From Marsupella aquatica (lineage: Eukaryota; Plantae; Marchantiophyta): DNA of 64,000 bases. Below are positions 50,101-64,000 of this stretch, piece by piece. The position numbers and the translations under genes were made by a program. Where the stretch lies: NCBI GenBank assembly GCA_973895155.1, contig OZ316896.1, positions 4,655,925 through 4,719,924 of the forward strand. Direction: 5' to 3'. Every line of letters begins with the position of its first letter. Positions within the stretch are counted from its first letter, which is position 1. The notes beneath the pieces are model-generated. The model did no database searches, was not told where the DNA came from, and was given only the letters and a program-made list of their open reading frames with translations.

Positions 50101-51496
50101 TGAATATCAGCGGAAGTTGATCTCTCTAGAGAATCCACAGGTTTTTCTTTGTGAACCTCCATATTGACAGTGACTGGAAAAGCCGAAATCCAGTCCACAC
50201 CTGTAGGGTGAAAGCTGATTTCATGAACACCTTCTTGGTCAGATGTCAGGACAGCCGTTCCCGGTGACTCCAACATGGGTGCATCCGTATCTGCAGTATC
50301 ATCCTCAAGGCTGTCTGACTGTGATGATGTCAATCCATCCTCTGAGACGGACGGGCCTTCATCATCAATTTCTTGAGGCAAGGACGGCAATTTTCCTTGA
50401 CCAGAAGTATCGTCACCATGTACTACGTGTTCCCAGTCGTCCCAGTTTCGCTCTGCTGCAGAAAGTTTTACCGACGACCGTCTGCTTGTATTGGGTGGTG
50501 TCTCAGTGACACCCTCGGCATCATCTGAGAGTGGTTCCAAGCTTATGGCATCCACCTCTGCAGATTCATTATGTCCACCTATACCATCCACCTCCTCAGT
50601 TACGTGGACTACGTGACCAGATTGATCCATTGCGCTTGCATGTTGTGATGCTTCTTCATCCCCTGCACCCCGAACCAAATTTGAACTCTCGTGTTCATCT
50701 CCACTCTTATCTGCTGCCCCGTCCCCGCCCACACTAATAATGCCCTGTTCAGACTGAAATTCCTCTTCATTCTCTATCAGTGCTCCATCATCTGCTGCGG
50801 CTGGAAGGATTGCTTCCGTCTCACCAAATCCTTCACCCATCAACTCCTCCGCATTTCGGTCTTTTGTGCTAATCGTCTGACTCTCTTCAACCTGTTGCAG
50901 CACGTGTGCTGTCTTTTCTTGTGTGTCATCATCCGTAGCATTCAAGATGTGTTCCCTCTGGTGAAAACTATCACCCAAACCGTCAGGCGCCGAGTCTTTC
51001 AGTCTACTTCCATTTGATGAGGAGGAGGTTGACTGAACCCCTTGTGCAACGTCTGCCCTCGTCAGTGGCTCTTCCCCATCACTATCTACTCCTTGTTGAT
51101 TGCCGCTGGCAGAAACGTCAGACTCTGGCACAAAGTCAGAGCTTGCTACCCCGGAGAAATCCACAGGGTCAGATCTATCCAGAGGAAATCCATGAGGAAG
51201 GCTAACGTCACTATCCAAAGTTAGCAATCTGCCAAGGTCACGAGTGCCAGGCTCGAAATCCTTAGTAACAGGTTCTGAATCAAGCTCTTCCTTTCCTGGT
51301 GCCTTCGAGTTCTCTCCGGCTGCCAATAGCCCATGTTGATCAGAGAGTGTCCCTTTCTGATCTCCCAGCTGTGGGCCTTCAAACCCAGCATTCTTGTCCT
51401 GGTGCCCAAGCACACCCTGAGTGGTAGCTGAATCAGAACTCTCGGGCGTGGTGGGTTTGTGTACGACATTGGAAGAGTCCTGTGCGTCCTCTGCCT
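47183..51496 (-). CDS. Large acidic, mostly disordered protein with internal repeats and a MEBL (membrane protein of ER body-like)-type zinc-ribbon motif; two large exons, 5' exons unresolved
   Basis: ORFs of 939 aa and 470 aa separated by an intron-like gap; YDVEKVLRGQTTYELICPICGALITRKIIIRKKKR...CFGYF resembles the MEBL N-terminal motif from memory. Confidence 0.7.
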
Positions 51497-54400
51497 CTGC
51501 GAAAAAAAAATTCATATCAGTGAGCTGTTGATCAAAGCGTTATGGACCACAGGAAGAATCACAAATCGAAGAAACTAAAAAGAGATTCCGGTTCATTCCT
51601 TCAACTCAGAGTGAAATCCTATATTGTTCGGAAATAATGGCCGTTGATATCAGCGTTTGTGGACGGGAAAGTCCTACGGTAGACCTGTATCTTGGTCCGC
51701 TCTGATTCTGTGTCTACTAATTGCATGACGGAGTATTTCATTCTTTGCAAACGAGGGGCAAATTACTAGGTGAAGAAGTTTAAGAAGCGATTGTAAACTA
51801 GAAGGCATCAAGCTCGGTATGCAATTGTTACCTTCTCCTCTTGAGAGAAACAGCCAGCGGTGAACATTGCCGAATCCCCCCTGACAAATTTTCTTATGTG
51901 CTCGCCGTTGATGATGCTGTGGCTCTGGATTTGGGTAGGTATAACCACAATGTTTGCATCTCCACGTCCCTATGCGTACCAGTCAGAAAGGTTACGTGAA
52001 AGAACCAAACAAACATGACAAAATCAAGGAGCTTCTTCTTTTTCTGACCCATCAACTTTCCCACTACTTATCTAGTAAGTTTGTTGGCCTGCGAATGTCA
52101 ATCCACCGCAATAAGCTTTTGCAAAGGAGGACTGATGTGTGGAATGAGCCATAACGGTCAAAATCAAATATCGACAGGGTAAAGGTACGTCACGAATTCA
52201 CCCAATTTTAATTCCCATTCCCATCACATGCACCGTCACTGGAAATTTCAAACTTCCATGATAAGCTTAAATGGCGCACCAGTAGTTTCATCATAGTGTG
52301 CACTTTGAAATTTCTTCGGCTTCGTTGGGGCCCTGGCATAGATCGACTGCGAATGACTACTCTTGCTTCCAGATTCATGTCGCAAGTGGCGATGTAAAGT
52401 AGGGGAGCTTCGAGTTGGAGAAGGGGACGCCATCTCTGAACCGTGGACGAGTGAAGTCCGTGCCTAGCTTCGCTCGAGTAGAATCGAATTCTTCTGGATG
52501 ACTGGACGCAGCTTTCAATATTCTGTAAAACAACCAATGGGTGCAGATTATAGACCTCGTCAGTCTTACAGTACTAAAGAAGGAAATAGAGTCAAGCATC
52601 CTATCTAATTACCGTAATGACATGTCTCGGACAGTCAACTCGCAACTTTATTTGCATTATCTGCATAATACACAAGATCGTTTGGAGCTGTCCGTATGCA
52701 AACCCATCAACTTTCGTCTGCAGCTTTCAGCCTATGGATGTGCAGCAGCCCCGTAGACAGTAAATTCACCCGCTTCACGGCTCCTAATTGACCAATAACC
52801 GAGCGAACCAAATCACAACAAATGTAGACACTCTCCCAGGAGACACGCATTCTGCTACGGGTTTCCTATCTATCAAGCTAGCTGGTCATTCTCTTTCCCA
52901 TCCAAAAAGTTCATAGCGCAAACCCAACTGTTCCCCATAGGACAATAAGAATGATCTCCGGATGATTAAGACCTGAACGATCCGATTCTGTGAAAATGGA
53001 CGGCACGACGAGGACGACCAAGGAAGGATCTGTTTGCGGCGGAGTTGGTCAGCCAAATCAGCTTTTGTGAGAGGACTCCAGGATCAACAAAACCGTCACG
53101 CTGGTTAGTTTCTTAGCAACTCCCGGTACTTCTGCGTTTACATTTGCAACAGAGCAAATCTAACAGCCAGGTCATATCAGCAACGATGCACTTGACAAGC
53201 CACATCCGGATCCATACTTCTGATTAGGAAACTCGGTCCGCCACGAGAACCTATCTAGACCAAACTTGGAGTCCCAGCTGAGAATGGTTTGCACATTCTT
53301 CGGCTGATCGAAGCGGGTAATAATCGAAAATTAACCTGTTCAGAATTGGCGTGGTATAACCTCCACAACAGACTACAACGAAGCGCGATTGTTCCGCTCA
53401 TAAAAGCAAGCATAGCCGACAATCTCTGAATCAGAGAAACATAGAAACATACCATCGGGCTTCAATGAAACCTCTTGGGTACCAATCCTCCAATCTACTC
53501 GGAATTTGGCAGATAAACCTTCCCAAGTCCCAAGGCAGTTATCTCTTGAGAGAGGAGGCCAGCGAAAGAATTAAAAAATTCAAACATCAGCTTGTCTTAG
53601 ACATATGAAAGGGATCAAACTGTCAAAAGCACCACAAGGTTCTCCAGAGCCAGACCGCTTTGCTCTCTCTGCTGCAAGTGGTATCCAATTCACTTTGACC
53701 TCATGTGGCCAGCTACCAGGCAATGCTTCCCAGGACAACCGGTAAAGGGATACTCAGCACCTACCAGTTAGTGAGAGGGACATTCATAGCAACGCAAACA
53801 CCGCCAATACAATAATTATGAAAGACAGACTAGCAGCAAGTGCCTCAGAAGTCGGAATGAAGAAGGAAAACAAAACAGGGTTGAAGCCAAAGCAGGGCTA
53901 GTTAAGCCCAGAGGTTTCCCAAGAAATTTATGAGCTATCTCTTCCCATCGCCCTCCTCGACACCCTCACAAACCCAAGAACCCAACTCTCTCAATTTCTC
54001 AGGAATTTGGACTTTGCCTCTTTGAAACACCGTCAGCTCGATAGATTGAAAGCCTGACAAAGTAAAACAATTACCACAGATGACTACATCCACGAGACCA
54101 GACTCTTCCAAGTACTGTACTTCGAACAGCAATTCGAAGGTCGAGTACTTCGGATAACAATGAAGGTAATCTGTCCAGTTTGACTCTTCTGGCCAAGTAG
54201 ATATGACCGGTGCCACGCTTTACAATCTTTGCTCGCGGTTCCAATTCGTACATTACAATTGCTAAGTGGTCAATCGTGGCTCTAGAAAGATTCAGAGGTG
54301 AAAAAATTCAGCATCACCCATACACCAAGGACAATGAACGAACGACCAACGCACCCTGGAAATCTGATTAAGCCAGGGGACTGAGTGACCCACTCCTGGG

Positions 54401-55538
54401 GAAAACCACCATTCCTCCCAGCATTAGTCGGAAAGTTTCGAGAGGAGTCTTACTATCAATGCGTTGTGAGAACTACACCAAAAAACTTCACACTGCCATA
54501 CTCTTCAACAACAGGACATGGTGCACGGTGAGTTCCATTACTGAATTGCAGATGGCGAGGCAATGGGCAACTTAGGCACCTCCTGGGCCGCTGACGATCA
54601 GCAGCATCCTTCACGCAACCTTTCGCCTAGAAAAAAGATTCTTCACCTATAACAAAGCCATGTTATAATCATAAGTATTTTCACTCCTCTGCCCCCTGCC
54701 CCCTGAATCCTATCTCGATTCATCCAAAAGTTTCCGAATGCTATTATAGCCTTATTAATCGTCAGTCACATATTATGAGGCAAGTTAATATTTCAGAGCA
54801 TTAGAGATTGTGTGATGTTCAACTCTAATTAATGCTTGAGAGCCAAAAAGCAAGGCCATCTTCACTTTACCTAAGCCACAGCTTTGTCAATCAAAGCATC
54901 TCCATACTCCTAATTTTTTTCAGTATCGATTCATGTATTCATCATAGTGACGGCAATTGGGAAATCTTCACTTACCTACAGTACAGCTGTATCAATCAAG
55001 GCATCACCTCACTTCTAATGTTTTTCGATCCCGGTTGGTATTCGGCACCTTGACGGCACTCGGTCCAGGTCATATTGCCCGATCTGATGCGAGTGATCAT
55101 TTGGATGGCTGGCGAAAGAAAACTTTTCTTGAAAGAAGGCTTTTGCGGGAGAAACCATTGTTGCAGTTCCGGAAAGCTCCCGAGCTGCGATATCAGCCCT
55201 ACGCAAATCACTGCTTCCGTGGACCCAGACAACAAAGGAATCCCTTTCCTGACCGACGAAACTGTACACTTCCCTAGCGGAGCTCCACACCGCCACAAAG
55301 ACCCACCTCAAATGATCAGGAAAAAGTCTCGGAGGTACAGAGACCTTTCTGCAGATGTGCCAGAATTTGACGACTTTAGGGTCTCTTTTGTGACGAAATT
55401 TATTACATAAATCCAAATCCAGGCTCCGAATATAGCATGTGCCTTTAATGCATCGAATAATCGAAGTCTCCAACTCTCCATGTTGCCTTGTGATGAATCA
55501 TTAGCGAAGAAATGCCAACATGTCATCTTACTATAAAA

Positions 55539-55663
55539 GTGCAAAGTCTACTCTTAAGGGCCTAGGGTCTAACCCTTAATACAAACAAAAGTGATAATAA
55601 AAAGTGCAAAGTCTACTCTTAAGGGCCTAGGGTCTAACCCTTAATACAAACAAAAGTGATAAT
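55539..55663. repeat. Tandem duplication, ~65 bp x2
   Basis: aaaagtgcaaagtctactcttaagggcctagggtctaacccttaatacaaacaaaagtgataata twice. Confidence 0.85.
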
Positions 55664-58319
55664 ATGTGTCAATACAAAACTTCAAATGAGGATAAAGGTG
55701 AACAAAACACAAGAATGGGATAACTATTAACTGAAATAACATAGAAATTTTATTATGCAAGATTATTTTTCTTAGTATCTATTTGCATTCAAGAAGGATA
55801 GTTAGGCTAGTAATGAATAATTATGGTGCAGAAAAAATCGTATTTAGTAAGAGCATAATATAAAAGACCAACACACAACATACAAGGAAGTTTCGAGACA
55901 GTAAAGTAGACTCGAGACATGGTCCCACCGTGATCATGCCTTATGAGTCCTTCGCATCTCACCTGCTTTGTCGAAAAGGCTCACAATCCACTGACAGCAG
56001 GCTCTTATCTGGCTCGTGTACCTACATTGCTCCAGTCATGAGCTCAATCTTTAATGCGTGCACGACCATACAGAGTCACACGTTGGTCATGACAGTACCA
56101 CACAAACAGAGGTTTCATTAAGATCCTGTCACGAGGAATGATTATTCACTGAAGGAAATGAGCTGAAGTAGTGCCGTTCGTATGGGAGGTATAGCAGATG
56201 TGGTCGGGTATTTTGGGCGATGCAAAATTTACAGGCATCACTAGAGAAATAGGAGTCGGTCACTTGAGTCTAGTGTGACCAAAGCCCCTTTGGTCAGAGA
56301 CTAGGTGTTAATGTTATGTTGGTTAGATGCTGTGTAAATGTGTATTGTCATGTGGGCTGACTTGATTATCTCCACTTTGTTTGAGATGGGCTTCCTGTAC
56401 CCTCTCTGGATTATTTTCCAGATCTAGGTTGGAAGGATAATTTGCAGAGGAATGAATCTTATTCATCCATCTTAGGGTGTGATATATGGCTCAGGTGACA
56501 GATCTCATTGAGACATAGGGATGATTTTTTTCTGGTTTGAAAATATTCTAGAAACTTAAGACTACTTTATCATTTCTCTCCCTAGATAACAATTGCACTG
56601 TTGTGCCTCTCCCCCCCCCCCCGTGATCTGCTCCCTACGTATTGTTTGTATCAGATACACCTCCCCAATATGATTACTCAATTCTCCTGTTTGTTATTAT
56701 GGGATGGGATGCCATGGGATGGGATACTCAAAAACTGCAATTATAACCAATTGAAGCGTCCTTTTCACTTGCTAGTGAATGGAGTGGACACATCTAACTT
56801 CCCCGCCCATCTAGTGCCAAGAAGTTTTATTCAACAAACACCATATTCACAGAATATTTCATAAACTTAGGGATTAACAATAGTAAAATTGTACTTTATT
56901 TTTTTAAGTTTTAGGATATAGTTTATAATTTGAAAACTTTGCGCGTGATATGGGACCTCCCTTGGAATGAAGCCCCCCAGGCAAGACTTACTAGCTAGTA
57001 TGTGGAACTTAAGGTAATTGTTACAACTTAGTCATCAAAGAGATAGGGAGTCAGAGCTTAGTTTGTGGAGACTTTGTATGACCAACAAGCTTAGAGTTCA
57101 GAAAATTTCTTCCTTGTGTTCCTATAGACTTTGGGGCCTCACTCCAAGGGGGCCTCACTCCAAGGGGGTCCCATATCACACGCAAAGTTTTGGAGGAATA
57201 AACACCCTAAAACATCACTAACATGAACTTTCCAAGATTAGTAGTGTTGAACCTGCACACAAGATGCCTACTAAATCATTGTTGTATATAGACTCCCATA
57301 AAATTGGGAGTCATATTTCCTATCACCATGAAAAATCATCATTCCTAGCTTTGTTGGTCCATTCAGACTTTACTGACAAGGGCTGGGTGCATCCAAGCTT
57401 CACTACTAACATATAGCAGGCTCATCCTAGAACATGCTTGGTTTTTTGTCTTGTAATTTGAAAGTAAATAAAATATGAGAGTATTATAACTAGAAGGATA
57501 AAATAATGTAAGCAAAGTGACTGCCGAGACAAGCACAATGAAAAGTACAGTCAAGTTTTATGACACAACGATGCTACTATTTGTGCACTTAATTCAATGT
57601 GCCTTATGAATGACACTCATTTCAATAAAAACCGTGAACTTAGGAAAGAAGACATGAGGGAAACTTAAGACACTATGCATTCATGTTCTTCAGAATCAAT
57701 TCTCTTTACTCATGAGAATACTTTTGTTCAAGTGGTGGAACCATTGGTTTCATCTTTTCATCTCTAAGAGATCACAAACTTTAAAAGTTATAAAGGGGCT
57801 GCCAAAATAAGTTCAAAATACTCTATCATGCCTAGAATTAAAGGGGTCTGAAAATTAATTAAAAATGTATATGACACAAAGGTTTCCCCTTGATAAGGCA
57901 GATTAAAATAAAAATACATGACACAAAAAATCTGAATAAGAATAAAATCTGAAAGGTGGATTCACCATATATTCAAAAATTGAGTACATACTCTTTCTCT
58001 TAATGAAAACAAGTGGAAAATCTCAGGGACAAAAAATAGCTTAGTATATTAATATCATTATTTATCTCGTTCTTGGCGAAACTGAGAGCTGAACATGTGG
58101 CTCGTCGAAAGGTACGTGAGGCTCGTCAAAAGGTACACATGTTTCTTGTGCACTCATGAGGTATGCCACCGCCATGAATTATCCAGACTTCCGTATTCAT
58201 CAGCATGATGAAAATTACGTTTCTGTTCATTATTCCATTCTGTCACTGTTCACTGATGAAAGCTGGAGAATTCGAGCACGCAACAGGGATGGCACTCAGT
58301 TGTCGATGAGACCACCGCC

Positions 58320-58375
58320 ATCCTATCCTATCCTATCCTATCCTATCCTATCCTATCCTATCCTATCCTATCCTA
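58320..58375. repeat. (ATCCT)n microsatellite
   Basis: Directly visible, ~11 units. Confidence 0.9.
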
Positions 58376-61300
58376 CGACCCATAAATTAGGCACCCACAT
58401 CTGGTCTGTCCTTGGGTTTCATGAATTGATCCATCAGCCTTATGTACATACTGTAATCCCTTTTGTATTTCCCCTTTTTGAAGTTTATTGTTTAAAAGAT
58501 GATAACGTGGGTTCTGAGCTCTGAGTTTGATGTTCTGAGCTATGATGAACTCTGGATAACTCTCAGAACATCAAAATAGGCTTACACTCAAATAGGCTTA
58601 CACTCAAATGTGAGTTGTGAAGGGTCTCTTTGAGTTGTGAAGGGTCTCTTGGCCATTTTCACCCTGTAAGTTGCTGCTAGCGGTAGTTGCGGGTGCTCGA
58701 ATGGTCCTTTTTTTAGCCTTATGTCAATTTCTAGGAAAACAAAATTTAGAGAGATAAACTTGATAAACCGTTTTTTGCCTTATCTCAATTTCTACGAAGA
58801 ACAAAATTTAGAGAGATAAAATTGATAAACTCGCAACACAAAAAGTGTTATTTGATAAACCCATGAGTGATCTGGATCATTGATAGACCTTAATTCAATG
58901 TATGCAAAATCTCATGGGGTCTCAAAGGGTCCATCAAATAACAGTTCTCAATTTAGAGGTCCATCAAGTGTATGTCACACAAAACTTAATGCTGCTAAAT
59001 TTAGAGGTCCATCAAGTGTATGTCACACAAAGCTTAATGCTGCTGTTGTGCAGCCTACTCGGGGTGTCCTTCGTCACACCACCGTGCCCTGAGTAAAGTG
59101 TCTGCGGCAACAAAACAACAGAGTCACTACTCAGGGAGTATGTCACAAAAGTTCACTTTTTGGTAATTGAACTGTTTAGAGATGGTGCAAGAAATCGGCT
59201 CCATTACTCAAAGAAAGTTGAGGCAATAGCTCGTTACGTGTGCGTTCGTTTGTGAATTGGATGAACACAGGTGCTCTGCGCATCACTTGCACTTGGTGCC
59301 GTCCATTCTTTTTCTTTAAAATAAGAAATCTACAGTAAATCAATTAAATGGCACTGGCTCAAAAATTGCAAGAGGAAAAAGCAAGAGAATCCCATCTTCA
59401 ATTGTATTATAATCGGCAGGCTCCAATTTGGATGCCACATTGGAAAATAGATTGGGCCTTCCAGAACGGTCTCAGTTGAGATCCCTGACGGGTACATCCA
59501 GTTACTGTTTTCACGGACGAAATCGAAATTGGCAGGGATTAGTGATCATCAATGGTGGCCAGGACTGTAATGGGCCACGATTTACATGACCTTTTCGCTT
59601 TCTAGTAAAGTAGTGGGGGTCCAAAGCTGCAACTGACTTCGCAAAGATTGAGGAGAGAAATAATCATCCTGTTGGTCATTACGAATCGGAAAAACATGGT
59701 TGTCAAAGAGAAACGACAAATAAAATAAAGTCATGACAGGGACCCACACAGGAAGAATGATGAGAATTTTATGAACCACGAAAAAAACAAAGTACAAGGA
59801 AAAAGAAAAGCAGTTCCAAACCTAAAAACTGAAGAAAGTAAAGTGAAGAGTGTCAGCACCCACAAAGCTGATTTCATCATTCCGAGTATTGGTTTATTTC
59901 CTTCAGATCTTATTCGTCTGAGATCCCGTAAACCATTACAGAAAAGGCCCGTCGTATAAAGGTAATGTTGACCACGGTAGCGCCCCATACCTCGGGAATA
60001 AGTCCGCATCGAAACAAACGCAAGAATAAGGAGCCTTTCACAGTGCATCACTGAGCAGTGGTTGGTTCGGATTTGAGAGGCAGCTCCTGTGGGTTTTGTT
60101 GGAAACTTCCTTCCTTCCCACCCTCCCCAGGTGAGGCATTCAGCTCTCCAGCCTTGGATAACCCAACGATAAAAGCGGCCCCCCACCAAAAAAACAAAAA
60201 CAAAAAAACATGAAATCCTCAATGTTTAGCAGACGGCAATTGAATTCGGACAACTCCATGTTTAGTTAAACGAAGTCGATTTGGAATACTGTTTACTCAC
60301 TTTTAAGTTGGATTCGTACACTTTAGTGACGAGTGAACAGCAATTGAATTCGGACAAGTCACTGCTGATCGAGTAAACAGCAAATGAATTTCGGGTGAGA
60401 GTCACTGTCAGTCATGTGAACACCCATCGAAATTGAACAGCATGCTCACGCTTGAATAAACAGCGATGAGCCACTGCACTCAGATCACTCGATCACCCCT
60501 TCAGTGAACACTGAAGAAAATTTCTCAAAACAAAGCTCATGGACCAAAGTCAGTATCCCAAAAAGCCTAAATCAGCGGACATCAGAAAGCTTCCAGTCTT
60601 CCACCTTAGCTGGAGACAGGAGGGAACCTGGGCGCATGGAATGATTACTGCTGCACAGTACGCACAGAGCTTGTTCCCTATCCTCGACGACTGCAGACCA
60701 TGGCCAACGCAGCTTACTCCTGTGACAACTGGGACAAAGGGAGTGCGAAATAATTTGAGAGCATTCGGCATTGGTCTTGTGAAGCTAAGATGGTAGTCAT
60801 TAGTCGAAGACCATAGGATTGTGTAGATCATTTTGCAAGGACTTGTGAACGGACTGGTCAAGAGGGAATAGTTCCGGAAATTGGTCGGCGAGACCCCCAG
60901 GTCTTCCTTTATATGTACATCACCTACAGTAAATGAGAATACTTGAACTTATGGGACAACGTTTCCGGAAGCTGTTTCGTATAGTGTGCTGCCTCTCTCC
61001 GCTACCATTAGCTATGTCCATTTTCTACCGGCTGGTAAATATCTTGTGCTGTAGAAGGCTGTACTAGCATGCTTTTGCCGTCCACGTGATCACTTAGTAA
61101 GCTGTCTTCAATCCATCAACAAAACGATAGCCGTCTAAGATTATCCGATGGCAAGGGAGGTATGAACAGCCCCGCACTCCTGATGCTCCTATACTGTCGT
61201 GGCGGGCAGCAGTGTGTCAAAAACGAGGATCTTCCATTGACAACGTCGGTTGAATGCCAAATATGAAAATGTACCTCTGCCTTGGAGCAATCTCTGAACA

Positions 61301-63586
61301 TACGTCGGGCCCATCCATTACAAGCCGCTCGAACAAGAAAGACCGCTCATCAGTTTTACGGGATAGGCAATTTTTTGTGAGATTTATCTGCACATCTTGC
61401 AAACTCCTCCAATTCTGCGCCCAACCTGAGAGATGTAGGCGGCACAGAAAGCTGAGAACAGTCAGAAACTTTTCTTAGCAGAAATTATGTCAAACTGGAC
61501 TCAAAACTTAAATTTCGGCCATCCTCTGATGGTATTCGTAACTCTACTCCTCTTCTGCCACCTCCCTTTGTCTCCCGGCAGCTGCACAGTACAAAGGTGG
61601 CTAAGGCTTTTTTTCAACACTTCAGTAAGGTTGAGGAAACATGGAAATCAGCGGGGAGGGTTTTCCGTATCCTTCAGCGTGAAAGAAATGAGCTTTTAGC
61701 AATCCATTCACTGGACAGATCGATAGGACTAGTTATTTGAAGATGCATAGTGAATGCGACCCATTTCCGCTAATTTCAGGTGCGATTCTTTCTACTTGAA
61801 GAATGCAGAACTCTTCGAAGCACAGCAATTGTCTTTGATACGGTTTTGCCGACTCCACAAAGGTGTCTGCCATAGATCGCTTGGCTTGCATGTGCTGCCA
61901 GCTGCAGTAAAAACATGATCAATCGAGTTCTAGCGACTTCTTTTGCCAATTGAATCACATACGAAACCTATTTTGTGCCACTAAGAACTCAGAAATAACG
62001 GATGAAAGCTTAACTTGTTTGAGCTGGATTCTTTCGGGGTATTGCAGCCAGTCTGTCGCCAACTTATTTGGACTTAGCTGCTGGAAATGTTTGGGAGGGA
62101 TGCGTGCGACATTCACTTAACCGGCATTTCCGTTCACCGGTTCTCTTCAAAATGCAGTTTGCTACGGGGGAACTTTGTAAATCGTTTATTGCTAACACGG
62201 TGCAACATATAGATGATATCCAATGGATATCACTGTAGCTCGGGTGGCCAAGTTTGTTAGCTGAAGGGAGCCAATTCATGCCCTTCTAATAGCCTCACTC
62301 CTAATGCCTCGAGCACAGACAAGAGTGTTAACGAAGTCTCATTTACATCGCTTGAGAACTAACATTTCAACTGAGACTGCAATTTGCAAAGAGGTCTGCT
62401 AGAAAGTAGTTGGTAGCATTACATTCTGCAGTCTTAGCTCTGGAATTAGACGGTTTCAATTGCCCGAGGGATCTTCGGTGTTCCAAAGATAAACCAGACC
62501 ATTAACTGTCTTGCGAAGCACATTCACCAGCACAAGAACTCATCATTTTTGTGCACCAGCACAAGAACTCATCATCGCGCATGATCTGGTCGTCACTACA
62601 AAATGCTAACCCACATTAAAAGTATGTCCATTCTGGCCCAGAAGGTACTTTGGACTACCTGCTCACAACGACTTCTATTTCGACCACCGAGTTGCAAGAC
62701 TTGGACCATGAATTCAGATGCAAAAGAGCCATGCATCGAAGCAACATGACTCCCTAATCAAGAAAAAGGGCTTACAAAAAAATCCCAGGACCAATAAAGC
62801 CATTCTGAATTGATGGCTTTTAAGCTTGCCTTCAGCTCCACTGAAACAATCTATGAATGCTAAGAATCTGTACAAAGTCAGCTGCGAGCTTCAGCATGTA
62901 GATCTCCTGCAGAACACGAGCTCACCAACTTACTGTCTCTCGTATGCTCTCTAGTTACGAGTGTCATAGTGATAGTACAAGGTATTGACCACGAACTCAA
63001 TCGCTCCAACTAGTAGTCCTTCCTCTAGGGCTATCCAGATTATAGGCAACAATCTTCCTCCATAGATGTCCAGTTCCTTTGATATAAACTTCCTCTACAT
63101 CCATCCGCTTTAGTAGACGATTGCCATAAACCAGCATGCGCTCATTTCCAGATAACTTCCAACGAAGAACTTGGGGCAGATAAACATACTGGCCTTCAGC
63201 GTAAATGATCTCCAACTCATTCCCTATCCGGGGATTTGATTATGAGTTGCCACAGATTTGCCCGGAAAGGAGTGGTCCATTCCTTGTCCTCCTTGTATTC
63301 CGTCAGATCGTCCAGGTGGTGATTCTCGTTCCAATTACACATCTATCCTTCAAGACTAATCATGGACGATACAGGATCTTCAACAGAGCTGTTTGTACGA
63401 TAAGATCCCAAAACTTAATGTTACTTCCTGAATCGTCGTCTACTTTAAGCACACCTAGAGCCGGCATCCAGCGAGATGGTCTTCAACGGAGACTTTCCAT
63501 GACTAATATATGTATGTGGCTGCAAGGATTGACTGTGGGTTCAAACGTGGCGTTCTATACAATGTCAATACAAAACAATGACACAG

Positions 63587-64000
63587 TCAGTGAACCATGT
63601 CAATATGAGAGCTCAGGTCGCGCTCACTGTGAACTGCCATCCCACAAATCGGACATGATACTGACAGGGTTTTTGATCTGTTCGTGAAAGCGGACGGAAC
63701 ATTATTTAAATTGGATTCTACGACGCCATTTTCCACCTCCATAGGTGCAGCTGTTGGTTCCCCTTTAGAGTTCCCACCCCAATGTTCCGAGTCTATATGC
63801 TCATTGAGTCGCCATGTTGCATCACCTCCACCAAATTTTCTATCACAAATAGGGCATCGGATGCCTCCGGTTGTATGATCTGTTCCCCCATCGCTAGGAC
63901 GAGGGGGGGTAGATGCCACACTTACTGGATGGGGTGTACTTAAGCTCGGAGTATGGGCAGCTGCCTTGTGAAGATCCATTTCTTTGAGCATAATAGCACG
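63587..64000 (-). CDS. Partial ORF with two UBZ/C2H2-like zinc fingers
   Basis: CPICDRKF...LNEHIDSEH and CPICGMAV...LSSHID; the frame is open to the window edge and downstream exons are unresolved. Confidence 0.45.
   Translation of the reverse strand, partial: RAIMLKEMDLHKAAAHTPSLSTPHPVSVASTPPRPSDGGTDHTTGGIRCPICDRKFGGGDATWRLNEHIDSEHWGGNSKGEPTAAPMEVENGVVESNLNNVPSAFTNRSKTLSVSCPICGMAVHSERDLSSHIDMVH

Noticed and set aside
52000-63500. Numerous short ORFs
   Set aside because: No recognisable domains or consistent exon chain

Overview
Eukaryotic land-plant DNA, probably a bryophyte (inferred from the spliced L-type lectin receptor kinase and the repeat types). The centre of the window is a ~30 kb nested mobile-element complex. 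(1) A giant cut-and-paste DNA transposon at 7891-37911 has 17-bp TIRs (AACCCCAATTTAAGGAA), a 10-bp TSD (ACAAGGACAA) and a Sola1-like DDD transposase. Its minus-strand spliced cargo cassette encodes 3 F-boxes, a ParB-like domain, a degenerate beta-class N6A/N4C methyltransferase-like domain, a KAQAE coiled coil, a Ulp1 SUMO protease and 3 FCP1-like HAD domains. About 25 copies of an 18-bp CpG-rich palindrome (CACGCGAC-NN-GTCGCGTG) sit in its introns and promoter tandem repeats. (2) Inserted into that transposase is a Ty3/gypsy retrotransposon at 25366-35139 carrying a DNMT3-like cytosine methyltransferase and a PHD finger. Its terminal repeats are split or permuted (A-B-gc-A...B). The PPT and a Tf1-like self-priming site define an LTR whose TG/CA integration ends lie inside it, as if a 2-LTR circle had been integrated. 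Both elements carry stops and frameshifts. The right part holds an apparently intact LecRK gene, a large acidic repeat protein with a MEBL-like zinc-ribbon motif, and a partial zinc-finger ORF.
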